A stretch of 64,000 nt of DNA, taken from NCBI GenBank assembly GCA_963676615.1, contig OY781092.1, forward strand, positions 160,001 to 224,000, given 5' to 3'. The notes beneath the pieces were generated by a model. That model was given only the letters and a program-made list of their open reading frames with translations. It had not been told where the DNA came from and did not search any database. The DNA comes from Candidatus Cloacimonadota bacterium. Lineage in GTDB: Bacteria; Cloacimonadota; Cloacimonadia; G963667145. The translations under genes were made by a program, and so were the position numbers. Below are positions 28,908 through 38,198 of the stretch, piece after piece (position 1 is the first letter of the stretch; each line of letters opens with the position of its first letter).

Positions 28908-28982
28908 GCGGGCATAGCTCAGTGGTAGAGCATCAGCTTCCCAAGCTGAGGGTCGCGAGTTCGACTCTCGTTGCCCGCTCCA
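28908..28982 (+). tRNA. tRNA-Gly(CCC)
   Basis: Acceptor GCGGGCA/TGCCCGC, anticodon arm TCAGC-TTCCCAA-GCTGA, T-arm GCGAG-TTCGACT-CTCGT, encoded CCA. Confidence 0.95.
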
Positions 28983-29007
28983 TTTTTTTATTTATGAGGT
29001 TTGATTT

Positions 29008-30252
29008 ATGTTGATATCTTCGATCGATTTGATGAACGGAAAGGCGGTGCAGCTTCGCAACGGCAAAGAGAAAGTTCTGGAAAAGTCCGATCCTGTGGCG
29101 CTGGCAAAGGAGTTCGCCAAACTCTCGCAAGTGGCTGTGATCGATTTGGATGCGGCTATGGGCAATGGCGAGAATGAGCAGCTCATCAGACAAATTTGCA
29201 CTGTTGCCGATTGCCGCGTTGGTGGCGGGATTCGCACTCTGGAAAAAGCGCAAAAGATTTTTAGTTACGGCGCACAAAAGTTGATAATCGGCACGAGTGC
29301 TTTCGCAGACGATACGATAAATCACGCCTTTTTGCAGGAGCTGGTGGACAATTTTGGCAAAGAGCGGATAATGATTGCTATCGACGCTCATCACGGCAAA
29401 ATCGTGACGAAAGGCTGGAAGCACGATACGGGGCTTGATGTTTACCAAACGGTGGCAGAGCTGGAAAAATATTGCGGCAGCTTTTTGTTCACGATGGTGG
29501 AGACCGAGGGCTGTATGACGGGCATCGATGCGGAAGCTATTCAAAAGTTGCAGACCAAAAATCAGCTGACTGTGGCTGGCGGCATCAAAGACGATGAGCA
29601 GGTGATTGAGTTGAGCAAAATGGGCTACGATGTGCAGGTCGGAATGGCGCTCTACACGGGGGCGATCGATTTGCAGAAATGTTTTGTCGAGTCTTTGGCG
29701 TGGGACAAAGCCGAGCTTTTGCCGACGATTACGCAAGATTTGTGCGGCAATGTCTTGATGCTGGCGTATTCGAATCGCCAGTCGCTTTATAAAACTTTGT
29801 CTGCGGGCAAAGTGACCTACTATTCCAGAAGCCGCAAATCGCTTTGGACGAAGGGCGAGACCAGCGGCAATTTTCAGGATTTTATTTCGGTGCGCACCGA
29901 TTGCGACAGGGATACATTGTTGATTTTAGCAGAGCAAAACGGCGTTGCGTGTCATCTGGGAAACTATTCTTGTTTTGGAGATAAACCTTTTGATCTGAAT
30001 GTGTTATACAAGATTGTGCAAGACAGGTTCGCCAATCCGCGTCCAGAGTCTTACACCGCCAAACTTGCCAAGGGAGATTTGCTCAAAGAGAAGATTATGG
30101 AAGAGGCGGAAGAGGTGTGTGACGCGCGCTCGCGGGAGGACAAAATCTGGGAAGTGGGCGATTTGCTCTACTTTGTGACCTGCTATCTCGCCAAAGAGGG
30201 CATCTCGTTTGCTGAGATTTTTAACGAGCTGCAGAGACGGGATAGGGAGTAG
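29008..30252 (+). CDS. Fusion of HisA-like TIM barrel + HisI + HisE
   Basis: SIDL.NGKAVQL, IDLDAA, VGGGIR, VAGGI (HisA); SRSR..LW.KGETSG, DCDRD, ACH.G..SCF (HisI); SYTAKL, EEAEE, E.GDLLY (HisE). Confidence 0.88.
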   Translation: MLISSIDLMNGKAVQLRNGKEKVLEKSDPVALAKEFAKLSQVAVIDLDAAMGNGENEQLIRQICTVADCRVGGGIRTLEKAQKIFSYGAQKLIIGTSAFADDTINHAFLQELVDNFGKERIMIAIDAHHGKIVTKGWKHDTGLDVYQTVAELEKYCGSFLFTMVETEGCMTGIDAEAIQKLQTKNQLTVAGGIKDDEQVIELSKMGYDVQVGMALYTGAIDLQKCFVESLAWDKAELLPTITQDLCGNVLMLAYSNRQSLYKTLSAGKVTYYSRSRKSLWTKGETSGNFQDFISVRTDCDRDTLLILAEQNGVACHLGNYSCFGDKPFDLNVLYKIVQDRFANPRPESYTAKLAKGDLLKEKIMEEAEEVCDARSREDKIWEVGDLLYFVTCYLAKEGISFAEIFNELQRRDRE

Positions 30253-30280
30253 CTAGCGTTTTTAAGTAGCAGTTAAGGCA

Positions 30281-30315
30281 AAAAAAGGACTCTAAGGTTT
30301 TTTCCTAGAGTCCTT
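30281..30315 (-). terminator. Intrinsic terminator between convergent genes
   Basis: AAGGACTCTA (30285-30294) / TAGAGTCCTT (30306-30315) with an A-run on the left. Confidence 0.7.
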
Positions 30316-30330
30316 GAAAAAATATTGTGA

Positions 30331-30876
30331 CTAGTCGCCTAAATTTTTAAGCTCTTCTATTATCTCTTTGCAGACTAAATCTATGTCCTCTTTTTCGTCT
30401 TCAGGACCAGATAACGAAGCTGTTATTTTCAAGTTTCTGACAACTGAATAGTTTATAACATAGTCGGTAAAGCTGTAGTAAGCAACCTTTTTGTTTCCTT
30501 TTTTTACGGAAATAATATGTGAGAAATGTGGAATATTTAAAGCTTTTTTCCCTAAAAGATTAAAATTGCGGACGAAATCAAATTCGGCAGAAAGAGTTAA
30601 ACCAGAAGAGGTGGAATCAAAGATATTATACTCTTTCAAATATTTTTTTAGGTCAGTAGTAAATTCTTGAACAAGCTCTTTTTGAGAAAAATACACTGTG
30701 TCGTTTTCCCCTTTTTCTCCATTTGTTCCTAGCTTCAAATTGACTTCAACTTTACCGAGATGATACCTTGTCACGCCTTTTTTAATGGGAACAGATTTGT
30801 CAGAATAAACAAATCTTGAGGCGCAACCCATTAGCATTGCAACGCTGATAATAATCAGTAATTTTTTTTTAAACAT
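30331..30876 (-). CDS. Hypothetical lipoprotein
   Basis: Lipobox LMGC, AAGGAG RBS, AT-rich; no family recognised. Confidence 0.7.
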   Translation of the reverse strand: MFKKKLLIIISVAMLMGCASRFVYSDKSVPIKKGVTRYHLGKVEVNLKLGTNGEKGENDTVYFSQKELVQEFTTDLKKYLKEYNIFDSTSSGLTLSAEFDFVRNFNLLGKKALNIPHFSHIISVKKGNKKVAYYSFTDYVINYSVVRNLKITASLSGPEDEKEDIDLVCKEIIEELKNLGD

Positions 30877-30910
30877 AATTTTCTCCTTAACTTTATATTA
30901 GATTTATTTT

Positions 30911-33900
30911 TCACCCAAACAACTCTTTTAACTCTTGTAAGCTCAAGTTTTTGAGGGTGTTGTCCACGCCTTCGATAGTTTTTTCAAACAGCTCTTTTTT
31001 TTGATTTTGCAGTTCTAAAATTTTTTCTTCGATGCTATTTTTGGTGATGAGTTTGTAAATGTTGATTTTTTTGGTCTGCCCGATGCGGTGTGTGCGGTCG
31101 ATTGCTTGATTTTCCACCATCGGATTCCACCAAGGATCAACCAAAATGACAGTGTCGGCTGCGGTCAGATTTAGCCCCAATCCGCCGACTTTCAGGCTGA
31201 GCAAAAACACCTTTTTCTCGTCGTTTTCGTTAAACTCTTTGATCACTTTTTCGCGAGATTTGGTCGAGCCGTCCATATAGCAGTAGCCGATTTTGTGCTT
31301 CTGCAGAAGTTGCTGAATATTTTTTAGGCTTTGTAAAAATTGGGCGAACACGAGGATTTTTTTGCCGTTCTCCACGCAAAGTTGAATAAGGTCGCCGGCG
31401 GCTTCGATTTTTCCCGAAATGTCGGTCTGGCTGGCATCGACAAGGTTCAGCCCGTTGGCGATTTGTCGCAATTTTGTGATGCCAGAGAGGATGTGAATCG
31501 GCGTAAAATTTTTGTCGTTCAGAATCGATTTGCTGATTTGCTCCCACATCGAAAAGTAAAAATCGTGCTGTTTTTTGCTCATTTTGCAATAAATAATTTG
31601 GCTTTCTTTCGGCGCGAGTTCTTGCAAAATTTCAGCTTTTTTTCGCCTTAAGACAAACGGCGAGATGATTTTTTGCAAATATTTTTCTTTGGCTTTGGAC
31701 TCCACCTCTTGCGAAAAAGAGCGAAATCTCGGCAAATATCCAGGCAAAAGAAAATCGAAAATCGACCACAAATCTTGTAACGAATTTTCCATTGGCGTGC
31801 CCGAAATAGCGATTTTGTGTTCGGCGTTTAGTGCTTTGCAGACAATCGATCGCGACGAGCGAGGATTTTTGATGTTTTGCGCTTCGTCCAAGATCAGATA
31901 GAAAAAATCGTGATCTTTTAGCAGCTCAAAATCTTTTTGCGCAATGGAGTATGAGGCGACAAAAATTTTGTGTTTTTGCTCAAGCAGTTTTTTTCTGGTC
32001 GCTTTGTCGCCGTGATAATGCACAACTTCGGTCTTCATCTGGAATTTTTTGGCTTCGGCTATCCAGTTGTAAATCAAGGTCTTAGGGCAGATAACCAAAC
32101 TGTTTTTGCCTTTGGGCATCATCGCCGCTACGGACAAAGCTTGCAAAGTTTTCCCAGTTCCCATTTCGTCCGCCAAAACGCCATTTAGGTGGTAGCTTTC
32201 CAAAGTTTTTAGCCAGTCGAACCCTTTTTGCTGATAGCTTCGCAGCCATTTTTTTAGCGGCGAGGGAGTGATATTTTTTTTGCTCCTTTGCAAAAGGTCG
32301 TTGACCATCTGCTGCAGATATTGGTCGTCGATAGTCGTTTGGCTGCCCTCTAACGCCTTGATTTGCATAAGCTTATAGTTGGGTAGTGCCCACAGATTTT
32401 TCGCTTTGTGACTGCCAGAAGCTAAGATTTCTTCGATTTGTTTGACCTTGTCGAACGAACTCTGGGAGATGATAATTTTTTTGTCGTCGCTGATTTGATA
32501 GCTGTTTTTTTTCGTTTTTCGCATTTTGCGCAAGGTCTCAAACGGAATGTTTACGCGCTCGAATTTGAAGTTGATGTCGATTCCCAAAAGGTTTTTTTGC
32601 TCTAGCGAGTGGATGTCGAACTCTGGCAAAAGCTCCACTTTTTGCGTCAAAAGCTCCTTCAGCTCTTTGGTCAAACTCACTTGCCATGCGGGATTGACGA
32701 TTTGGTAGATTTTGTCTTTAATCAGCTCGACCTCGTAGCCAGTGAACTCGGTGAATTGCGAAATCGGCTTGCTTATTTTGTCGAAATAGCTCTTCACTTC
32801 AAGCATAAAATCGGCAGGAAGGTAGCACCATTTCTCGCCATCTTCGAAATTTTGCAAGCTCAGGCTGAACGAGTCAACGATTTTTTCGACCGACAGCAAG
32901 TGGTATTCGTCGAAGAAAATTTCGGCGTCCATTGTCACTTTTCCTGGAGGATGCGAGAAGCGTAAGCGCAGATTGGGCAAGGTTTGCAAGTGTTTTGGCA
33001 CTTCGCATTCGATGTTGAGTTCGTGGCCTTCGCTCTCCAATTTTTTTCGGATCAAAAAATCCAAAAAGACCAGCTCATTGTCGTTTAGGTAGTATTCGCC
33101 CTGCAAAAAACTTTCGATTTTGGCTTTGCTGAACGGCAAATTTATCGTGTAGATGTGGTTGAGCGAGCAAAAATAGAGCGTGTCGCTGACGAAATAGTTG
33201 TAGGTGCTGAACTTAGTGCAGATCGACATTTTGCGTGTTTTGGAAACTTTGATGGAAAATTTTGGCTTTTTTTGCGAAAAAATCAGGTCGTTTTCGTTCT
33301 CTTTTAGTTTGATTTGCCCAGCGTCGAACCCTTTTAGGATAAACAAAAGTTGCGGTATTTTTTCTGTGGGAATTGTGAAAAATTTTAGTTTGCGATTGCT
33401 GAATGTGCGATTGTTTATCAAAAATTTGAGCAGCGTCAGGTCTTGGTCGGAAAAAAGCTCTCTGTTTTGTTTGATGCTCTCGATTGTTAACTCTGGAAAG
33501 CCCTGCAGGTAGATGCGCAGCGGAGTTTTGTGGAGCAATAGGTTTTCGATGTAGATTTTTTTTTGCGAATGAAGAGTCTGGAATTTGTCAAAAATGTCGA
33601 TTTCGTGCTCGATGTCTGCGACTTTTTCGCTTTCGAGCAAATCTTTTGCGCTAAGGTGGTGATAGCAGTAATCGACGGCGGAAAAATAGTGGGTGCAGTC
33701 GTTTTTTTTGCAGTAGTAGCAGTGGTGCGAGGCGACTTTGTCGTCTTTTAGGTTGTAGTCGATTTGCACTTTGAAGCGCATCGCATTGTTTTCTGGCGGC
33801 AGAAATAAGCAGATTTTGTAGCTGTCTTCGCCGATTTTTCGGGCGGTAAATTTCAGCTGGTTTTTGCCAAATTTTATGGCGTCTTGGAAGAGCCAAGAGC

Positions 33901-33934
33901 TGGATTGACGAAGGTATTCTCTCTTTAAAATCAT
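30911..33934 (-). CDS. SNF2-family helicase with N-terminal SWIM-like zinc finger
   Basis: C..C....C.H, LRSYQ..G..WL, LADEMGTGKT, DEAQNIKN, SGTPMEN, LSLKVGGLGLNLT, DPWWNP..E.QA.DR.HRIGQ; start ATG 33934 or TTG 33973. Confidence 0.93.
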   Translation of the reverse strand: MILKREYLRQSSSWLFQDAIKFGKNQLKFTARKIGEDSYKICLFLPPENNAMRFKVQIDYNLKDDKVASHHCYYCKKNDCTHYFSAVDYCYHHLSAKDLLESEKVADIEHEIDIFDKFQTLHSQKKIYIENLLLHKTPLRIYLQGFPELTIESIKQNRELFSDQDLTLLKFLINNRTFSNRKLKFFTIPTEKIPQLLFILKGFDAGQIKLKENENDLIFSQKKPKFSIKVSKTRKMSICTKFSTYNYFVSDTLYFCSLNHIYTINLPFSKAKIESFLQGEYYLNDNELVFLDFLIRKKLESEGHELNIECEVPKHLQTLPNLRLRFSHPPGKVTMDAEIFFDEYHLLSVEKIVDSFSLSLQNFEDGEKWCYLPADFMLEVKSYFDKISKPISQFTEFTGYEVELIKDKIYQIVNPAWQVSLTKELKELLTQKVELLPEFDIHSLEQKNLLGIDINFKFERVNIPFETLRKMRKTKKNSYQISDDKKIIISQSSFDKVKQIEEILASGSHKAKNLWALPNYKLMQIKALEGSQTTIDDQYLQQMVNDLLQRSKKNITPSPLKKWLRSYQQKGFDWLKTLESYHLNGVLADEMGTGKTLQALSVAAMMPKGKNSLVICPKTLIYNWIAEAKKFQMKTEVVHYHGDKATRKKLLEQKHKIFVASYSIAQKDFELLKDHDFFYLILDEAQNIKNPRSSRSIVCKALNAEHKIAISGTPMENSLQDLWSIFDFLLPGYLPRFRSFSQEVESKAKEKYLQKIISPFVLRRKKAEILQELAPKESQIIYCKMSKKQHDFYFSMWEQISKSILNDKNFTPIHILSGITKLRQIANGLNLVDASQTDISGKIEAAGDLIQLCVENGKKILVFAQFLQSLKNIQQLLQKHKIGYCYMDGSTKSREKVIKEFNENDEKKVFLLSLKVGGLGLNLTAADTVILVDPWWNPMVENQAIDRTHRIGQTKKINIYKLITKNSIEEKILELQNQKKELFEKTIEGVDNTLKNLSLQELKELFG

Positions 33935-34098
33935 TGTCTCAAGGCGGTAATATTTTTGGTGGCTGTCAAGCAAAGAGTTTTTATTTTTGGTCGTTTTTTT
34001 TTGGCGAGAAATAAAATCTTGACGGCTGAGTGAGTTTTTGCTGAAAAGGGAGAGAGAGTTTTTTGGACGAAAACGGTTTTGTGGAGTTTGTGAAAATT

Positions 34099-34458
34099 AT
34101 GGATATTTCAAAAAAAATCGCGCAGATGAAGAAAATGCCGGGCTTTGTGGAGAATGTCGGAATGGTTTTGGCGCATAACGGGATTGTGCGTGGACGCAGC
34201 CGAGATGGTAAGCTGGTGAAGTTTTTGCGGGTGAAGACCGATTATGAGAAAATCGAGGTTTTGCGGCGGAAATATTGCCAAGCGGACGGAATTTTTGCCG
34301 TGGAGGTGGAGGCGAAAGAGGGGATGTTCTCGCCGGGTGACGATTTGTTGTTTATTGTGGTGGCTGGCGATATTCGCCCGAATGTGAAGCGGGCGCTTTC
34401 GGAGCTTTTGGAAGAGGTGAAGGCGACTTGTTTTTCGAAGACGGAAGAGCTTTTTTAA
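34099..34458 (+). CDS. moaE: MoaE-family molybdopterin synthase subunit
   Basis: GMVLAHNGIVRG, GDDLLFIVVAGDIR, VK...SKTE. Confidence 0.8.
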   Translation: MDISKKIAQMKKMPGFVENVGMVLAHNGIVRGRSRDGKLVKFLRVKTDYEKIEVLRRKYCQADGIFAVEVEAKEGMFSPGDDLLFIVVAGDIRPNVKRALSELLEEVKATCFSKTEELF

Positions 34459-34473
34459 TTTAAGGAGAAATTT

Positions 34474-34917
34474 ATGGAGAAGTTGCCCATTGCCAGTGAC
34501 CACGCTGGTTTTGAGTTGAAGCAGAAGTTGGCGGAGTATTTGCGCAAGCGGTTTGCGGTGATCGATTTTGGGTGCGAGAGTCCTGCGTCTATCGACTATT
34601 CGGACTACGGTTTTCCTTTGGCAGAGGCTGTGGCAAGCGGCGAGTTTTCGCGGGGAATTTTGTTGTGCGGTTCTGGCGTTGGAATGAGCATCGTTGCCAA
34701 TAAAGTGCGCGGAATTCGGGCGGCTCTTTGCCATTGTGTGGAGTTTGCGCGGCTGTCTCGCCAGCATAACAACGCCAGTGTTTTGGCGCTTCCTGCGCGG
34801 TTTGTGAGCTTTGAGCTGGCTAAGGAGATTGTTGATGCTTGGCTGGCGACGGAGTTCGAGGGCGGTCGCCATCAGAAGCGACTGGATAAAATCGCAGAGT
34901 ATGAAAAAAGGCGGTAG
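34474..34917 (+). CDS. rpiB: Ribose-5-phosphate isomerase B
   Basis: ASDHAG, CGSGVGMSIVANKV.GIRAA, RQHNNA, FEGGRH. Confidence 0.95.
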   Translation: MEKLPIASDHAGFELKQKLAEYLRKRFAVIDFGCESPASIDYSDYGFPLAEAVASGEFSRGILLCGSGVGMSIVANKVRGIRAALCHCVEFARLSRQHNNASVLALPARFVSFELAKEIVDAWLATEFEGGRHQKRLDKIAEYEKRR

Positions 34918-34919
34918 GA

Positions 34920-35630
34920 GTGGTAAAGCATAAGGGCTTAGCTTTGCCGTTGTCGATTGTTTTGTCTGCCTGCATTTTGGGATTTTCGGCTTTTTTGGCG
35001 GTGAGGCAAATCGGGTTTGTTGGTCGCAGTGTTGCGGTGAAGGGGCTGGCGGAAAGGATTGTAGATGCGGATGTGGTTAGCTGGCCGATCAAAATTACTG
35101 GCGTGTCGAACGATGTGTCGGCGCTGACTGCGGATATGCGGAAAAAGACGGAGATTGTTTGTAAATTTTTGCAAAATAACGGACTGGATTCTGGTGACTT
35201 TCAAAAGTCGTCTTTTAATGTAATCGATAGGAAGGCGAATCTTTATGCTGGAGATCAGAAGTTTTCGTATCGGTATTTTTGCGTTAGCACCGTTGTGGTT
35301 TATACGCATAAGGTTGAAAATGTGCGGAAAGCTTTTACGGTTTTGCCAGATTTGGTAAAGCAAGGAATTTTGATAAATACGAACAATTATGACTCGCAGC
35401 CCAGCTATTTTTACACAAAACTTTCGGAGCTAAAGCCGCAGATGATTCAGCAGGCGACCGAAAATGCGAGGGAGGTTGCATTGAAATTTGCTCAAGATTC
35501 GCAAAGCAAAGTGGGCAAAATTAAATCGGCAAGCCAAGGCTTGTTTACGATTGTGGATAGAGATAATTCTACACCATATATCAAAAAGGTGCGTGTAGTT
35601 TCAACCGTTAACTATTATTTGGTGGATTAG
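34920..35630 (+). CDS. SIMPL (DUF541) domain protein
   Basis: RSVAVKGLAE..V.AD, LKPQMI..AT.NAR..A.KFA.DS, ASQG.F.I, KKVRVVSTV. Confidence 0.85.
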   Translation: MVKHKGLALPLSIVLSACILGFSAFLAVRQIGFVGRSVAVKGLAERIVDADVVSWPIKITGVSNDVSALTADMRKKTEIVCKFLQNNGLDSGDFQKSSFNVIDRKANLYAGDQKFSYRYFCVSTVVVYTHKVENVRKAFTVLPDLVKQGILINTNNYDSQPSYFYTKLSELKPQMIQQATENAREVALKFAQDSQSKVGKIKSASQGLFTIVDRDNSTPYIKKVRVVSTVNYYLVD

Positions 35631-35651
35631 GTAAAATTTAAGGGAGGAAAA

Positions 35652-38117
35652 ATGGCAGAGAAAATCTTGGATTTGGAAAAGTGTTTGGCAGACTTGGACG
35701 CAAGCAAAGAAGGGCTGAACACAGAAGAAGCGGCGAAGAGGCTGGAAAAATACGGCGTCAACGCTTTGCCAGAGAAAAAAATTAGTAGATGGAAAATTCT
35801 TTTTAAATCTTTTTGGGGGCCGATACCGTGGATGATTGAGGCTGCGGCAATTTTGTCGGCAATCATACAGCATTGGCAAGATTTTTCCATTATTGTGTTT
35901 ATGCTTGTGCTTAACGCTTTGATTGAGTTTGTTCAAAGTAGCAAGGCACAGTCTGCTCTAGAGGCGCTGAAAAAATCTATGGCGTTATATGCTCATACTT
36001 TGCGTGATGGCAAATGGACAAAAATTCCAGCAAAAGAGTTGGTGCCTGGAGATGTTATTCATTTAACGAACGGTGATATTATTCCTGCGGATGCGGTGCT
36101 TTTGGAAGGCGAGTATCTGTCTGTTGACCAATCCTCACTTACTGGCGAATCTTTGCCGGTTAACAAAAAGCCAGGAAACCCAGCTTATTCGGGATCTATT
36201 GTTAAGCAAGGGGATATGAAAGCGGTTGTGCAAAAAACGGGTGCGAACACTTTTTTTGGGGAGACAGCGAAATTGGTGCAAACCGCTGGGCGAGTCTCGC
36301 AATTCCAAAAATCTATTTTGGCGATTGGCAAATTTTTGATCTTGGGTTCGCTAGTTTTGTCGGTGGTTATTATTGCCGATGGGTTGCATCTTCATTCAAA
36401 ACCGCTTGAGCTGATTCAGCTGGTGTTGGTGCTGATTGTGGCGAGTATTCCTGTGGCGATGCCGGCAGTGCTTTCGGTGACGATGGCTTTGGGAGCTTTG
36501 GCTTTGTCCAAAAGAGGCGCGATTGTCTCCAGATTGCAAGCAATAGAGGAGATGGCTGGGGTGAATATTTTGTGCTCTGACAAAACAGGCACATTGACTC
36601 AAAACAAATTGACCCTGAGAGACCCGATTCTTTTTTCTGCCAAGGATGCTCAAGAGGCAATTTTGATGGGGGCTTTGGCTTCAAATAAAAATTCTGAAGA
36701 TGCGATAGATTCGACGATCGTGGCAAAAGCCGAGGGTTTGTCCGATTTTGAGCAAACCAAATTCATTCCGTTCGATCCTGTTGGCAAAAAAACTGTCGGT
36801 TATGTGAAAGACGGTAGCGAGAGTTTTGTTGTCAGCAAAGGCGCTCCGCAAGTTATCATCGAAATGTGTGTCGATTCTCAGGAGATTAAAGATAAGGCGA
36901 GCGGAATTGTAGAAGAATTGGCGAAAAAAGGTCTTCGTGCGCTTGCTGTGGGCAAAGGCAAAGACGAGAAAAGTTTGACTCTGAACAGCATAATCACGAT
37001 GTACGATCCGCCGCGCGTGGACTCCAAGCAGACAATTGAAGAGACGAAAAATTATGGCATCGATGTGAAAATGGTCACCGGGGACGATTTGGCTATTGGC
37101 AAGCAGATTTCTGGAGAGCTTGGTTTGGGAACGAGAATGCTGGCTGCGGCAGATGTTTTTGCCGACACAAAAGATGTAAATTCGCCGTCACACAAAACAA
37201 TCGAGCTGATCGAGAAGGCGCAAGGTTTCGCCAGAGTTTTTCCCGAGCATAAATACGGAATCGTTAAAACTTATCAAAATTTGAAAAATGTGGTAGCTAT
37301 GACAGGCGATGGCGTGAACGATGCGCCTGCGCTGAAACAAGCGGATGTGGGTATTGCGGTGTCTGGTGCGACAGATGCAGCCAGGGGCGCGGCCGACCTT
37401 ATCTTGACCAGACCTGGATTGTCGGTAATCGTTTCCGCCGTTAACGAAGCTCGAAAGATTTTCGACAGAATGATCTCTTATGTCACTTATCGGGTGGCGA
37501 TGACGATCGACTTGATGCTTTTTGTGACTTTGTCGATTGTGATGACTGGGTTGGAGCCGCTCAATGCGATGATGGTGATACTTTTGGCGCTTTTGGACGA
37601 TATCCCAATTATGACCATCGCTTACGACAACACTAAAACTGCTAAAAACCCTGTTCGTTGGAGATTGAAAAAAGTTCTGACAGTGGCGACAGTGCTTGGT
37701 ATGGTTAGTGTTGGGCAAAACTTTGGGCTTTTGCATTTGACTGCGAAATTTTTTAGCGCTGCGGACATTGTTCATATTCAAAGTATGATGTTTTTGCAGT
37801 TGGTAGTTGGTGGGCACTTGCTTCTGTTGATAACTCGTCACAAAAGCTGGTTTTTCCTAAAACCATTTCCTTCGGCAAAGCTATTTTTGGCAATCGTGAT
37901 AACGCAATTGGTGGCTGTGATTTTGTGTCGCTACGGAATTTTGATCGAGGCAATCGGTTGGGACGCCATCGGGTTTGTTTGGGCTTATTGCATTGTTTGG
38001 ATGTTTATTTTGAATATCGTGAGAATGGCAGTCGAAAAAGCTTTTTCCAAAGGGAAAGACGAGGAAAGATTTGAGGATGTGAACAACTCTGTGAAGCTCC
38101 ACGACGCTTTAAATTAA
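35652..38117 (+). CDS. Plasma-membrane proton-efflux P-type ATPase (P3A type)
   Basis: WGPIPWMIEAAA, TGES, IPVAMPAV, CSDKTGTLTQN, KGAP, FPEHKY, GDGVNDAP, YVTYRVA, LLDDIPIMTIAYD. Confidence 0.92.
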   Translation: MAEKILDLEKCLADLDASKEGLNTEEAAKRLEKYGVNALPEKKISRWKILFKSFWGPIPWMIEAAAILSAIIQHWQDFSIIVFMLVLNALIEFVQSSKAQSALEALKKSMALYAHTLRDGKWTKIPAKELVPGDVIHLTNGDIIPADAVLLEGEYLSVDQSSLTGESLPVNKKPGNPAYSGSIVKQGDMKAVVQKTGANTFFGETAKLVQTAGRVSQFQKSILAIGKFLILGSLVLSVVIIADGLHLHSKPLELIQLVLVLIVASIPVAMPAVLSVTMALGALALSKRGAIVSRLQAIEEMAGVNILCSDKTGTLTQNKLTLRDPILFSAKDAQEAILMGALASNKNSEDAIDSTIVAKAEGLSDFEQTKFIPFDPVGKKTVGYVKDGSESFVVSKGAPQVIIEMCVDSQEIKDKASGIVEELAKKGLRALAVGKGKDEKSLTLNSIITMYDPPRVDSKQTIEETKNYGIDVKMVTGDDLAIGKQISGELGLGTRMLAAADVFADTKDVNSPSHKTIELIEKAQGFARVFPEHKYGIVKTYQNLKNVVAMTGDGVNDAPALKQADVGIAVSGATDAARGAADLILTRPGLSVIVSAVNEARKIFDRMISYVTYRVAMTIDLMLFVTLSIVMTGLEPLNAMMVILLALLDDIPIMTIAYDNTKTAKNPVRWRLKKVLTVATVLGMVSVGQNFGLLHLTAKFFSAADIVHIQSMMFLQLVVGGHLLLLITRHKSWFFLKPFPSAKLFLAIVITQLVAVILCRYGILIEAIGWDAIGFVWAYCIVWMFILNIVRMAVEKAFSKGKDEERFEDVNNSVKLHDALN

Positions 38118-38198
38118 TTGTTGCGCCAAGCAGCCCAAAATGGTTTACTTGACAAAATTTCGTGTTTTAAGGCTTTGTTTAGCCGTAGGAGATTTAGG

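Noticed and set aside
8626..28982. Genomic island bounded by the two tRNAs
   Set aside because: No integrase and no duplicated tRNA 3' end were seen, and the interval contains core genes (lptD, nth, atp).
30911..33934. SNF2 helicase as part of a defence system (DISARM/Zorya/BREX-like)
   Set aside because: SWIM-SNF2 stand-alone architecture with no methylase, nuclease or other defence neighbours; the MotB-like gene at 1-511 is distant and its partner is outside the window.
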